Source: Hemiscyllium ocellatum
Lineage: Eukaryota
Assembly: GCF_020745735.1 (NCBI RefSeq)
Contig: NC_083435.1
Span: 36,171,090 to 36,235,089, forward strand
Direction: 5' to 3'
DNA: 64,000 nucleotides
Part shown: positions 37,445-50,076 of the stretch, one piece after another
How the letters are laid out: every line of letters starts with the position of its first letter
Numbering within the stretch: position 1 is the first letter of the stretch
Notes under the pieces: model-generated
What the model saw: only the letters and a program-made list of their open reading frames with translations
What the model was told of the DNA's origin: nothing
Databases searched by the model: none
Translations under genes and position numbers: made by a program

Positions 37445-37848
37445 GTAAGAATCAGAGGGAGGGGAATGTGGACCTGAGGGGACAGGGTGAGTGTGGGGGA
37501 ATCTTCAGTACTGGGAGTACAGGGCACTGTGGGGAATGGAACTGAATAAACCCCGACACACACATACACACGTATACACACGTCCTGTCCCCTGTCTGAC
37601 TTTCCTTCAGGTGATCAGCCCAGTCCAGGTCCAATATTGATCATTAAACGCTTCACACACTCTCACCTCCTCACTGACTGAATATCAATGGGATGGGAGA
37701 GATCTCCAGCATCTCCATAAAAGGTTAGGATGGAAAGGAATGTGGGAGCTAGGATTTCTTACAGAACCTCAATTCCCTCACACTGTGTTGTCATCCTTTG
37801 AGAATGGAGTATTCCCCATTCTAATGGGCATTTATTTTGTTTCTGCAG

Positions 37849-37881
37849 GTTCACCAGGTGGGACCTACACAACAGCTCCCA
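37849..37881 (+). CDS. Gene B cytoplasmic exon 1 (GSPGGTYTTAP)
   Basis: ctgcag| acceptor, A|GTAAGT donor. Confidence 0.85.
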
Positions 37882-38377
37882 GTAAGTGACTGAGGGGACA
37901 GAGTGTTGGGAATGATGGAGAGGGATTTGCAAGTACAGAGTTACATTGCACTGAGTGTTCCTCAGGGTGACACATCTGCCACCCTCCTCACTCTGAAGCC
38001 CCTCAAATTCTCGTCTCTTATCCCACTTCTTCCTCATTTTCACACCTTCTTCCCCCCTCATTCGTCTCCATCCAATTCTTTGCTCTTTCATCCGTTATCC
38101 CCATCCATCACCAGTCAGTTCCTGTTCCCTCAGGCCCCAGTGTCCCACTGCCTCACCCTTCACTTCCCCATCCCCCACACTGCACTCCCTCAACCCCACC
38201 ATCCACTCTCTCCCTCCAATCCATCTTCCTCCACTCCCTTTGTGCTGTGCCCCCTGGGTCTGGTTTGTTAATGCTGAGGGGAATTGAATCCTGGGTCCTG
38301 TGACTGAGCGACAATAACTCAAAATGGTCACGTTTATATTTTGTTCCATTTCTCACAGTCTGTTTTTATTTTCTCAG

Positions 38378-38409
38378 CTTCTGATATCTCTGTTCCAGCT
38401 CCTTCATGA
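38378..38409 (+). CDS. Gene B cytoplasmic exon 2 (TSDISVPAPS*); full CDS 1041 nt, 346 aa
   Basis: ttctcag| acceptor, TGA; exon lengths 52+261+276+279+108+33+32 stay in frame with no internal stop. Confidence 0.82.
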
Positions 38410-38465
38410 TTTGGTGAGTGACATTTTAACGTAGCTCCAGTGATATGTAACATTTTCACGCCCCA

Positions 38466-39325
38466 CCTGACCCTGTCCCACCCTCCCAGTCACTGTTAAA
38501 CTCTGTCAGACTAATTCTCCTCCCCCCACACCCTGTCCCACCCTCCCAGACACTGTTAAACCCTGTCAGACTAATTCCCCTCCCCTCCTGACACTGTCCC
38601 ACCCTCCCAGACACTGTTAAACCCTGTCAGATTGATGCCCCTCCCCTCATGAACCTGTCCCACCCTCCCAGACACTGTTAAACCCTGTCAGACTAATTCC
38701 CCTCCTCTCCTGACCCTGTCCCACCCTCCCAGACACTGTTAAACCCTGTTAGACTGATTCCCCTCTCCTCCTCACCCTGTCCCACCCTCCCAGACCCTGT
38801 TAAACCCTGTCAGACTAATTCCCCTCCCCTCCTGACCCTGTCCCACCCTCCCAGACACTGTTAAACCCTGTCAGACTAATTCCCCTCCACTCCTGACCCT
38901 ATCCCGCCTTCCCAAACACTGTTAAGCCCTGTCAGACTAATTCTCCTCCCCTCCTGACCATGTCCCACCCTCCCAGTCACTGTTAAATCCTGTCAGACTA
39001 ATTCCCCTCCCCTCCTGACCCTGTCCCACCCTCCCAGACACTGTTAAACCCTGTCAGACTAATTCCCCTCACTCCCTGACCCTATCTCACCCTCCCAGAC
39101 ACTGTTAAACCCTGTCAGACTAATTCCCCTCCACTCCTGACCCTATCTCACCCTCCCAGACACTGTTAAACCCTGTCAGACTAATTCCCCTCCCCTCCTG
39201 ACCCTATCTCACCCTCCCAGACACTGTTAAACCCTGTCAGACTAATTCCCCTCCCCTCCTGACCCTGTCCCACCCTCCCAGACACTGTTAAACCCTGTCA
39301 GACTAATTTCACTCCCTCCCCACCC
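38466..39325. repeat. 61-bp minisatellite, about 14 units, after the gene B stop codon
   Basis: Same unit as 8128-8442. Confidence 0.95.
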
Positions 39326-40799
39326 TGAAGTGATTGCCTCGTGTCTGTCATTCCTGACCTTCACTGCAGGTCATTCCTGGAGCCTTATTGTGGAATAATG
39401 GGATTCTCCTGTTCCAGTGTGAACATGGACATCATTGTCCATCCTTCCATATCACAGCAGACACTCACAATTAAAGCTCATTGCTCACACCCAGTTCTTT
39501 CTGGATTGAGATTGAGTTTTCCTGGGAATGTGTTTCCACAGATTGAACGGTGGATCCTGGATCTGCAGGTTTGGATCCCGATCCTTCAAATGAGACCTTC
39601 TCAAGTCGTGTTTCCATCCCGTCTCAGAAATGTGAGCAGTGTCACCGTCAGAGAGATCTTCACGGATGGTTCCTCCCTCACACTTTCTGATCCTCACTGT
39701 CTTCAGTGGGTCAGTGATTGACCTGAAACGTAGCAATGTCCTGAACTCCCTCTGAGCGAGTGTTGTACTGTAGGACGTGAATCATTTCTGCACTTTATGC
39801 AACAAAATTTTAACTTTTATGTTAAAGTCTCTATGAATTTTGTAACTGTCTGATTGTTAGATTGATATCTCTCTCTCACTATTTAATTTCTACTTTTCTA
39901 TTTTTATTCTCATCTGTTTTAAGCCGAACTGATCTGTTTTGCACTTTACGGAAACAGCGTGATCAAATGTGAACTTTTATGTCAACTTCCTTTATTTTGT
40001 TCAGGATGCACAGCGTAGTGTTTATTTAATGTGTGTGTTTCAGAGTTGGATGGTTGATAATGTCTGGGAGTGTTCATTCCCTGGGGTGGGGGAGCGGGGA
40101 ATGTCCTTTCGGAAGGATCTGAATGAGTGTGAAGAGAGGGCCAGGCAGCTGCTGGGAATCAGGAATACTTCACTGACTGGTGACCCAGCAGCTATTGGAG
40201 GGGGGAAAGGGCAGGCTCACCAGCTGAATGTTTCACCCAGGGCTGAGCACACAAGCTTCTGGGCTGGGACAGATGGAGAGGAACCTTCATTGTCAATGTT
40301 TCCTTCTGACAGGTGCTGCCTTTGGACACACCGCCTGGAGGGGGAGGGGGGGAAGGGAGAGTCTGTGTCAGCAGCTGAGACTCTGTCTTACTCCCCTCTG
40401 TGACCCAGGGCTCGGTGCCCCTCCAGGTCCCCTGCCTACTCCCTCGGCTGCTGTCACCCACCACTTTCCCCTAGACACACACACACACACACACCACACA
40501 CACAATCACACACATAGAGGCACATATTCAGCGACACACTCACATACACCGAGAGACCATATATCCAACGCTAACATCTGTCAGAAAAAACATTGACAAC
40601 AAATACTCACACCTCAGTGAGTGATGTTTGTGTCATGCAGTGGGTTTTGAGTTTTATTGGCGAAACTCTTAACAAAAAAATGTGGTCCTGTGATGATGGC
40701 AAGTCAGTGTTTATAATATAAAATTTGCATTTCACAAATGATATCTCTTTTTGTTTAAAATACATTAAATGTGTCAACTATCATCTGCAGTTAACACTT

Positions 40800-42630
40800 A
40801 ATTACTAGATACAGTTCACAAAAAATATTCCTCAACAAAACTGCTCCTTGCAGTCTGTCCCACTTTCCCCTGAAGCCGTCCCACCTGGTGTGGGCACAAG
40901 TTGGTGATCTTGGTTGTTTGAGTGAAAGCTGCTTCTTGTTCCTGCCCCAGTACCACTGGCCCTCCTCAGGACTGAGCTTGGACATTGGTTCACAGTCTCA
41001 TGACAAATTAGACAAGAACTTTCCGGTGTGGTTTATGTGACCAACACAACACTGCACACTTCTCACATCTGTTCATCCCCATGTCTTTGTTACAGCTCTC
41101 ACCTTGTCAGGATCAGGGTGAAGTCCTCTCACTATCGAACATTTCCTGTGCACTCGACTTCAGTTTCCCTTCACCTTTTCCTTTTTCAGTTTCCGCTTCA
41201 TCTGTCAGGACCCCTCCGCAGTCACATTACATTTTAATCAGAAACTGTGTAATGGCTTCTTTCACTGTCTTTCCACATCTATATATGAGCAGCTAATCCA
41301 CAATAATATCCACTGTCAGAAGATCCCTGATGTTCTCATGCTGTCTGCTTTGATGCTGTTCTGGAACAATCATTGAAATCCTTTGGATCGATGCAGACTC
41401 TCAGATTTCCAGGTGTTTTTTCCCCCATGGCCGCGATGCTGCAAATGCATTCTGTGGGAGTTGTCCCTTTCTTGATAACTCCCTGTTTGTTCCCAGCTCG
41501 ACTATCTTTCCTTTCAGGTTGGACAGGAGGGCAGCTGGATCTCTCCTCAGCAAATGCTGCACTGGTCTCACACTCTCATCCTCTTTGAGATGATATGTGT
41601 TGCCAATCTAAGCTTTAGACTTGCTTCAGCTGGGATGAATGGATTGTTACTCGATGTCTACGATCTGGATCTGCTGGTCTTTATTGTGACAATCACATTG
41701 GTTTCTAAGCTTCATTTGTCCTCTTGGGAAGAGTGAGGTTTCATTAGATGGTCTCATATTTACCTTTGATGGATTCGTTTTCAGGTCATCAAATAGAGCC
41801 ACTTCGCACGTGTCTGTGAAGATTATGATGTTGCATGAATCACTGGCGCCTGTCTGACAGTTCACATTCACCTGATGCTCTCCTTCTGCAGTCATCATTT
41901 TAACAAGAACAAACCATTTGTTACCTTGAGACCCAGTGATGCTGACAGGTTATATGGTTTAGAATGACCCGTTTAGAATCACCATCTGACACGTGTCCGG
42001 CAATAATCAGTTTGGGCCTGCTTTTCCTCTTTTGAGCTGAAGACTTGTGTTTAAAGTGAATCCGATTCTTGCATGTAGACCATAAATTCCCCAACACTTG
42101 ATGTCCTTCCTTTTCTTTGCTGTGTTGTCCTCTACAACATTCACATCCTGTACACTGGGGCTTGATGTTTCTGCTGGCCCTCAGCTAATATTTCTTCTTG
42201 TTTTTCCCATTGTGCTGTTCTTGTTTACCGGGACAGAGTCTCAGCATTATGCAAAACCTTGTCTTTGTCCGTTAATCCTCTCCAGCTTTGATTGACAACC
42301 TCAGAGCTTCTGCACACGGCAATAGATTTCTCGAGCAAGTTTCTCCTCTCTCAGAAGCTGCACTGTCATGGTGGGACCTCTCAAAAGACATTCTTATCTC
42401 CAACAAGATTAGCTTCTATTATCCAGACTCTGAGATTCCAGCCAGATACCTCAATGCCATCACCGTACTGATCCATATTCTTTGTCTCCTTTAGGGATCT
42501 GATGTCCAGCACAGCTCCGTTCTGTGTAATCAGTAATGGAGTGCTCAAAAAATAGCCTCAAGGCTTTCAAAATGTCTCCAGCCTGATGTTTCTGTCCCCA
42601 GTGAGGTCTAGAATGTAGACCAGCTTGTAG
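40800..42630 (-). mobile_element. Degenerate Gypsy-like gag-pol relic
   Basis: Minus strand: PVQHLLRRDPAALLSNLKGKIVEL, GNLRVCIDPKD (RT), EPMSKL...WYWG (RT connection); many stops and frameshifts. Confidence 0.7.
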
Positions 42631-42639
42631 CTGTAGCTT

Positions 42640-44040
42640 GGGCCTGATGGGATGCATCCCAGCGTATTCAAGGAAGTAGCTACAGAGATAGTTGATGCAT
42701 TGAATCTTCTGGAAATTATCCGATTCTGGAAAAATCCCAGAGGATTCGAAATCCGCCACTTTTACTTAAAAAAGAAAGGAAACAAAAAATGATAACTTTT
42801 GGCTGGTCAGTTTGATGCCTGTTATTGGGAAAATGAATCTAGAAGTAAACAGCATGACCAAGCAGAATCAGCATGGCATTGTGAAGGGGAAATCCTGCCT
42901 GAAAAATAAATAGAAATCTTTGAGGAAGGAACAAGCAAGATAGATACAGTGGAAGCAGTGGGTGAACTGTCTGGATTTTTGATAATTGCCCATATATGAG
43001 GCTACTCAATAAGATAAGAGCCCATGATGGTGGAGGTAGTATATTAGTTTTGATTGAGGATTAGCGAATGAATTAAAGAGAGAGAGAGTTCCAATAAAGG
43101 CAGCATTTTCACAATAGCAGCCTGTAACTCGTGCCACAGGGATCAGTGTTGAGGCCATAACTATTTACAAAAGATATTAATGACATGGAAGAGAAAAGTG
43201 AATGTAATACAGTCTGGTTTGAGGATGATACAAAAAGATGTGGGATGGCAAGTGATGAAGATGACATGAAGTGTCTGCAGAGGGATATAAAGAGGTTGAC
43301 TGAATGGGCCAACACTTGGCAGATGGAATGTAATGTGGGAAAATGTAGGTTATGCACTTTGTCAGGACAAACACAGGGACTGAATATCATTCAAATGGAG
43401 AAAGCCACAGGAAAGAGGGATTTCAGGGTCTTCAGCCCTGAATCACAAAAAGCCAGTGTTCAGGTTCAGCCAGAAGGCAAATGGAATGTTGGCCTTGACT
43501 TCAAAAGGATGGAGTGTAAAAGTAAGGAGGTTTTGTAAAAACTATAGATGGCACTGGTCAGACCCAGTGGGAAGACGGTGACCAGGTTTGGGCCCTTTAT
43601 CTAAGGAAGGATATCCTGGTAGTGAGGGCAGTCTGAAGAAGGTTCACTCGGCTGCTCCCAGATATGGAGGTTCAGTCTGATGGGGAGAGCTGGAGTAGAT
43701 TAGCCTGTACTCATTGGAACATAGAAACATGAGAGGTGGCCTTTCCCCAGAGGAGGGGAGTCCAAAACTAGAGGATAGAGGGATAAGAGGAGAAAGATTT
43801 AAAGGGAGCTGAGGGGCCAGTTTTTCACACAAGGAGTGGTGGGTAGATGGAACCAGCTGCCAGAGGATGTGGTAGAGGTGAGTACAATTACAATATTCAA
43901 AAGACATTCGGACAGGTTCATGGACAGGAAAGGTCGAGGGGAATACAGGAGAAACACAGACAAATGGGATTCATCTAGTTTAGGAAACCTGGTGGTGGGC
44001 ATGGACGAGTTGGGCTGAAGGGTCTGCTTCTATGCTGTAT
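42640..44040 (+). mobile_element. Degenerate CR1 ORF2/3'UTR fragment
   Basis: GPDGMHP..KEVA.EIVDAL, FEDDTK, WN.LP motifs. Confidence 0.8.
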
Positions 44041-44743
44041 GCTTCTACAACTCTCTCTGACTCTCGGCCTGCTCTAGAAGTAACTCCCAGACCATGGGCC
44101 CTTCAGGACCTCACTCTGTAGCTCAGGGACACCTGGTACTGCCTTACATCAGCCAGGTCACTGTGTCCAGGGATAAACAGTATCTTCCATACCCAGACAG
44201 ACTGACCTTAATACATAACGCTGGATACCGGGGGAAATGTACAAGTTTAAACGGATGCAAAGAGGGATGCATCCACCCGGATAGAGATGAGAGTTCAGGG
44301 TCTCACATGACCAGCTTTTATAATTGGATAGGGATCACTGTCCTTTCTAATGAAGAGTGGGAGCGGGGCTGTCGGATGGAGAATGAGGATTTCCCTCCCA
44401 TTTCAGCTGCAGCACACGGTCTGTGCTTTCACCTCCTGGAGCGATCCCCGTTCCTGATGTGGGCAGCGTCTCAAACCTGCAGCTCTTGGTGTCAAACCCC
44501 TGTGTGTCTGCCTTTCAGTCTCCCGGTAACTGGTGACACTCTCACGGTTTCACATTTAATTGGGTGTTTTTTTCTGATACGAACCAATCATTCCCCTCTC
44601 TGAGTTGGAGGAAGTGATCAAATTTCCATCCAACTTGGAGAATGGACTCACTACAGACGTTTTTCTTTGTCATTTCCAGTCCATTATCAGCAGCTTTTAC
44701 CCCAATCCGTTTTTGATGGGAATAGGGAGAGTGGATTCCCAGA

Positions 44744-44795
44744 ATGTTGCTGATCCTTCTCTCCATCTCCCTGTGTTTTTCCCGGGTCTCTCCCG
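44744..44795 (+). CDS. Gene C leader exon (MLLILLSISLCFSRVSP)
   Basis: Identical to the gene B leader; G|GTAAGT. Confidence 0.9.
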
Positions 44796-45306
44796 GTAAG
44801 TACAGAATTCAGCTTTCCATTCTCTCTGTCTGTGTGTCTGGGGTGAATGTGAGTCTCTTGGGGAGAGTTTGAAATGGGGGATGTTTGATCAGCCGCCTGT
44901 TATACAGCCAGCCTGATCTTTTACACATTGAAGGCAGCACAGTCTGGGAGACTCTGAGGGGATTTGTGTCCAGGTCTCCTGACAGCAGGATGTAGAAACC
45001 CCGAGATCAGAGAAGCTCCGAGCAAATGGGAAATGGTTCCACTGGACAATTTTAATTTTCACATCGATTGGGAGAAGCCAAACAGCTTCATCATTCCTGG
45101 TCTAAAGTCTTGTAAACACTGCGGGGAGGGGAAGGAGACTCCATGTCTAACCCAGCCCAGGCTCAGGGATCCATGATGGAGGTGACTCAGCAAGTCTGAG
45201 CCTATAGTGCTTCTCCCAAGACCGAGGCAAAGTGAGCCACCCTCCTCCACCACACTCACCAAATCAATTCAAAATAGTTTTTACTTAATGTAATTAGAAG
45301 ATTCTG

Positions 45307-45412
45307 ATCTGTGTATGTAAATGTTGACATATGTATGGCATGATCAAATGTACAGACCATCAAATTATTTTATGATTCTTTTACGAATGAAGTATATTTT
45401 TGAAATAAAAAA
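45307..45412 (+). mobile_element. 106-bp Tx1-like 3'UTR/poly(A) fragment at the 5' junction of the larger copy
   Basis: TSD AATTAGAAGATTCTG at 45292-45306 and 45413-45427. Confidence 0.75.
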
Positions 45413-45660
45413 AATTAGAAGATTCTGCTTGAGTGCTGTGCGTTCGCTCTCGGTCAAATTCACTGGAGAGCTGCAGGTTCAACGCTGCGGACGTGAGCTG
45501 GTGGGGGAGAGACCGCGGGGATCGTGTTGCAAGTTGTCGGAGCTGCTGGAGGCCATCGCTGGATTGTGATTGGACGTTGGAGGATCGTTTGGTTGTGCTG
45601 ACCTGCTCTTGGTGGATCTTTATGCTTGCAAATGACAGGTCAGGGTAACCCTGAGGGTCG

Positions 45661-46401
45661 ATGCCAGTGGGAATATCCTCCACCCCCCCCCCCCCCCCCA
45701 GCTTTGCCATCGGAGGAAGCAAAGGTTATCTGAGATACGCAGGGCAGCCGAAGATGTGCCGAACCTGCGGGAGGTCAGGCCACATGGCGGCTGACTGTAA
45801 GGTGACCGTCTGCCGGAACTGCAAGCAGGAAGGCCACCCGACCAAGGATTGTAAGGAGGCCAAGAACTGTAACCTGTGCGGAGAGGCGGGCCACATGTAC
45901 AAGGCCTGCCCAAGACGAGGAGCCGACACTTACGCACAGATGGCCGGAGGTGGCAACACGAGCCGGGGACCGCCAAAGACCAGCAAGGCACCACAGAATA
46001 GCATGGAAACGGTGCCTGGAGGCACCGAGAAGGAAGAGCAGGCGGTAGCGGAGCAGACGGCAGACAGCGGGGAGGTGCAGCAGCCGATCCAAGCTCCTTC
46101 AGGACAGACGGAGGAAATGGAAGAGGAGGGATCAAATGAGGCAGAGGACTGGATCACAGTCAAAAACAGGAAGAGGAAACCTCTCGGGGGCCCCAGAGCC
46201 ACCCAGATAAGGGGGAAACGACACCTGCAAGTCGAGGATACAGGCAGCTCTTCCGATGGTGAGGACGGGCACAAGAAGGGTCGCCACCAGAGGAAGAGAC
46301 AGAGCGCCAAGGGGAGAAAGGAGGGCAGCACCGCCCAGGAAGGGAAAGACGATCCCTCTGTCGGGATGGGTAAAGGCCTCCCCCGACCCGGTGAGAACTG
46401 A
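45661..46401 (+). pseudogene. Tx1 ORF1 remnant with three CCHC zinc knuckles
   Basis: CRTCGRSGHMAADC, CRNCKQEGHPTKDC, CNLCGEAGHMYKAC; N-terminus apparently deleted. Confidence 0.85.
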
Positions 46402-46666
46402 GAGTTACCCACCAGCCCACAGCTCCAGGTAACTTGGAGCAGCGGTCCTGTGACAGCCCCGCTGTCAGATGGAGAACTGGACGGTGCGGACCCTGGGCTC
46501 GACATGAAGACACCAGAGCGGGGAAATGGCTCCAGCGTGGAGCCGGACAGCTACCTCAGCCCTGGGAGGGTCCAGCAGTTTGCCGTCACCACGGGGATGC
46601 ACACAGCTACCCCAGAGGAGCAAGACCAGCAGCAAATGGATACTGTTAACCTCATAAATTGTTAAA

Positions 46667-49600
46667 ATGGGGTTTAAAATTGCCAGCATCAATGTGTGTA
46701 GCATCAAATCAGCTACGCAATGTGTTTCTACGATGGCCTTCCTGGCCAGCGTTAAAGCCGACCTCCTGTTTCTGCAGGAGTGTGGGATACCGCACCTCAG
46801 CAGCTACAGGAGATGGTCTAGCTTGTGGGCCCATGGGCTGTCAGTTTAGTCAGGGGGCAACGATAGCCGCACCTCCGGCCTGGGTATCCTGTTGCGAGGA
46901 AGCAACTTCACCATCTCTGAGGTTAAGGAGGTGGTGGGCGGGCGCCTCCTCGTCGCCGACGTTATGTACAGGAATGCTCCCCTGAGACTGAACAATGTGT
47001 ACGCCCCAGTGGGTAAGAGTGAACGGTTGGCCGTCCTGCAGCAGCTTCCACTGTTGCTGGCTACGTCCAGGCCGGTCATTCTGGCCGGAGACGTCAACTG
47101 TATCATTGAGGCAGATGGACGATCCGGCGGGGGGGACAGTAAACTGGACGCCACGTCCAGAGCCCTGATGGACATGGTAAAAGATGCCAAGCTGCACGAC
47201 GTCTTCAGCACCCCTGCAGACAGAGCGCAATGTAGATACACCCGGTCACGGGCAGATGGGTCTATCCGCTCAAGGATAGATTACCTGTTTGAGTCCCGAA
47301 CGCTCTCGGTCAGATCCACCGATGTCAAGCCAGTGTTCTTCTCTGACCACTGCCTCCTGCTGGAAGACTGTCACCTACAGGACGAGCAGCGGGCGGGTAA
47401 GGGAACGTGGAAACTGAACACAAAGCTGTTGACCCCGAGAAACATTGAGGATCTCAAGAGGGGCTATGCAGGTTGGAGAACCGAGAAGCCCCTCTTTGAG
47501 TCCCCAGCAGACTGGCGGGAAACAGTAAAAGGGAACATCGAGAGGTTCTTCATCCTCAAAGGTGTTCAGGAGGCGAGAGAGAGGCGGGGAAAACTGTCCC
47601 AGCTCCAGGAAAGTATGCAGAACCTGCTCCTGCTGCAGACGATGGGGGTCGATGTCACGGAGGACCTCAAGGAGGTGAAGGGCCAGCAAGCCTCGCTCTT
47701 TTCCTCGGAGGCTTCCAAGATAATCTTCCGGTCCAGGGTCCGCTCGGTGGAGCAGGACGAGACGTGCTCACGCTTCTTCTTCCAGAAGGTGCACAAAGAG
47801 AGCTCTGTGCTCAGCAGCCTGAAGGAAGAAGACGGCTCGACAACGTCATCTCAGGCTGACGTCATGAGGATCAGTAAATCCTTCTATGCCAGTCTGTATG
47901 ACGCGAAGCCGACCGACAGCGCGTCCTCCCAGTTGTTCCTGTCGTCTATCATGGAGGTCTTAGACGACAGAGCACAGGTGAGGCCGGACCAGCTGCTATC
48001 TCTGGACGAGCTGACCAAGGCCCTCGAGTCCTTCGAAAAGAATAAAACTCCCGGAAGCGACGGCTTACCGGTCGAGCTCTATTCCGCTCTGTGGGACTTG
48101 ATTGGCCAGGACCTGCTGGAGGTGTATGTCAGTATGCTTCGGGCAGGTACCATGAGTGAATCCATGAGGAAAGGCATCATCACCATCATCTACAAGCGGA
48201 AGGGGGTGAGGGAGGAACTCAAATATTGGAGACCGATCACACTGTTGAATGCAGATTACAAAATTCTGTCAAAGGTAATCGCCAACCGGGTCAGGTCTGC
48301 TCTGGGGTCGGTGATTCACCCTGACCAAACCTGTGCTGTGCCAGGCAGGAAGATCGCTGAGAGTCTCGCACTCCTCAGGGATACGATCGCCTACGTGCAG
48401 GACAGAGGGTTGGACACCTGCCTGATCAGCCTGGACCAGGAGAAAGCCTTTGACAGGATATCACACAGGTATATGCGAGATGTTCTCTCCAACATGGTCT
48501 TTGGGGAGGGAATCTGCAATTGGATCAGACTGCTCTACACCAACATTGTCAGTGCAGTCTCAATCATTGGGTGGGAATCAGATAGCTTCCCAGTCAGATC
48601 TGGAGTCAGGCAGGGCTGCCCTCTCTCTCCTGCCTTGTTTGTGTGCTGCATAGAACCATTTGCCGAGTCCATCAGGAAGGATGCGAGCCTGAGAGAGGTG
48701 ACTATTCCTGGCAGCGGGGGCCTGCAGGTTAAGGCCTCCCTGTACATGGATGACGTCGCCGTTTTCTGCTCGGATCCGCTGTCTGTGCACAGACTCATGT
48801 GCATATGTGACCAGTTCGAACGGGCCTTGGGGGCCAAGGTCAACCGAGGCAAGAGCGAGGCCATGCTCTTCGGGAACTGGGCCGACCAATCCTCGATCCC
48901 CATCACCATCGGGAATGACCACCTGAAGGTACTGGGTATTTGGTTCGGGGGGGCTGGGGCGTGCGCCAAGTCTTGGGAGGAGCGTATCAGTAAAGTGAGG
49001 CAGAAACTGGGCAGATGGAGGCTACGGTCGCTCTCCATCACGGGAAAAAACCTGGTCTTCAGGTGTGAGGCACTGTCATTGCTGTTGTACGTGGCACAGG
49101 TCTGGCCTATTCCCAGAACCTGTGCCGCTGCAGTCACCCGGGCCATCTTCCAGTTTATATGGAGATCAAAGATGAACTGGGTCCGAAGGGACTCGCTGTA
49201 CAAAGATCTGGGTAACGGGGGAAAAAACACACCCAATGCCACCCTCACCCTGATGGCCACCTTTGTGTGTGGCTGCATCAAGCTGTGCATGGATCCCCGG
49301 TACGCAAACACCAAGTGTCACTACGTACTGAGGTTCTACCTGTCCCCGGTGTTGTGAAGGATGGGCCTGGCCTCGCTGCCGCGGAACGCTCTGAGTAGTT
49401 GTACCGTTCTGTATCACCTGTCCTTTGTGGAGAAGTTTATGAAGAAAAACACCTTTTTGACCACAAGTCCATCAGGAAGTGGTCAGCACGTAGCATCCTT
49501 GAGACCCTTCGGGAAAAGGAGAGGGCGGATCCTGTCGAGTGGTTCCCTGAGCAGACTGTCAAAGCCATTTCGCAGAATGCCTCATCACCAGAACTTTCCA

Positions 49601-50076
49601 ACAAGCACCAAGACATGGCTTGGCTGGTGGTGAAAAGGGCTCTGCCTGTGAGATCCTTTATGCACACCCGGACTCTCAGCCACACCACACACTGCTGTCG
49701 AAGTGGCTGCAGCGGGGACGAGACTGTCACACACCTCCTTCTGGAATGTGCCTATGCAGAGGATGTCTGGAGAGGAATGCAGTGGTATTTGTCGAGGTTC
49801 GTCCCGAGCAGCGCCGTGACGTGGAACTCCGTGCTCTACGGCCTGTTCCCCGGGACGCACACCGAGACGAATATCAACTGCGCCTGGAGGATCATCAACT
49901 CGGTGAAGGACGCTCTCTGGGCGGTCCGAAACCTGTTGATCTTCCAGCTGAAGGAGTTGACCCCGACTGAGTGTTGCAGACTGGCACGTTCCAAGGTCCA
50001 GGACTATGTGTTGAGGGACGCGCTGAAGCTTGGGGCAGCTGCCGCCAAGGCGCGGTGGGGAAAGACCACCGTTTAA
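46667..50076 (+). pseudogene. Tx1 ORF2 (APE-RT-zinc finger) disabled by TAG 46847, TGA 49355 and a frameshift at about 49455
   Basis: INV, LQE, LAGDVN, RIDY, SDH; LDQEKAFD, RQGCPLSP, YMDD; ETVTHLLLEC. Confidence 0.92.

Noticed and set aside
1746-38409. Assigning a gene symbol (e.g. UEA) or calling these classical UAA or CD1
   Set aside because: Anchor-residue loss argues against UAA, but the lineage cannot be fixed without alignment and phylogeny
44094-44603. 169-aa ORF upstream of gene C
   Set aside because: No recognisable motif; overlaps promoter sequence and is not open in the paralogous B or D promoters
48535-49314. 259-aa antisense ORF and similar long antisense ORFs over LINEs
   Set aside because: Shadow frames of GC-rich RT coding sequence
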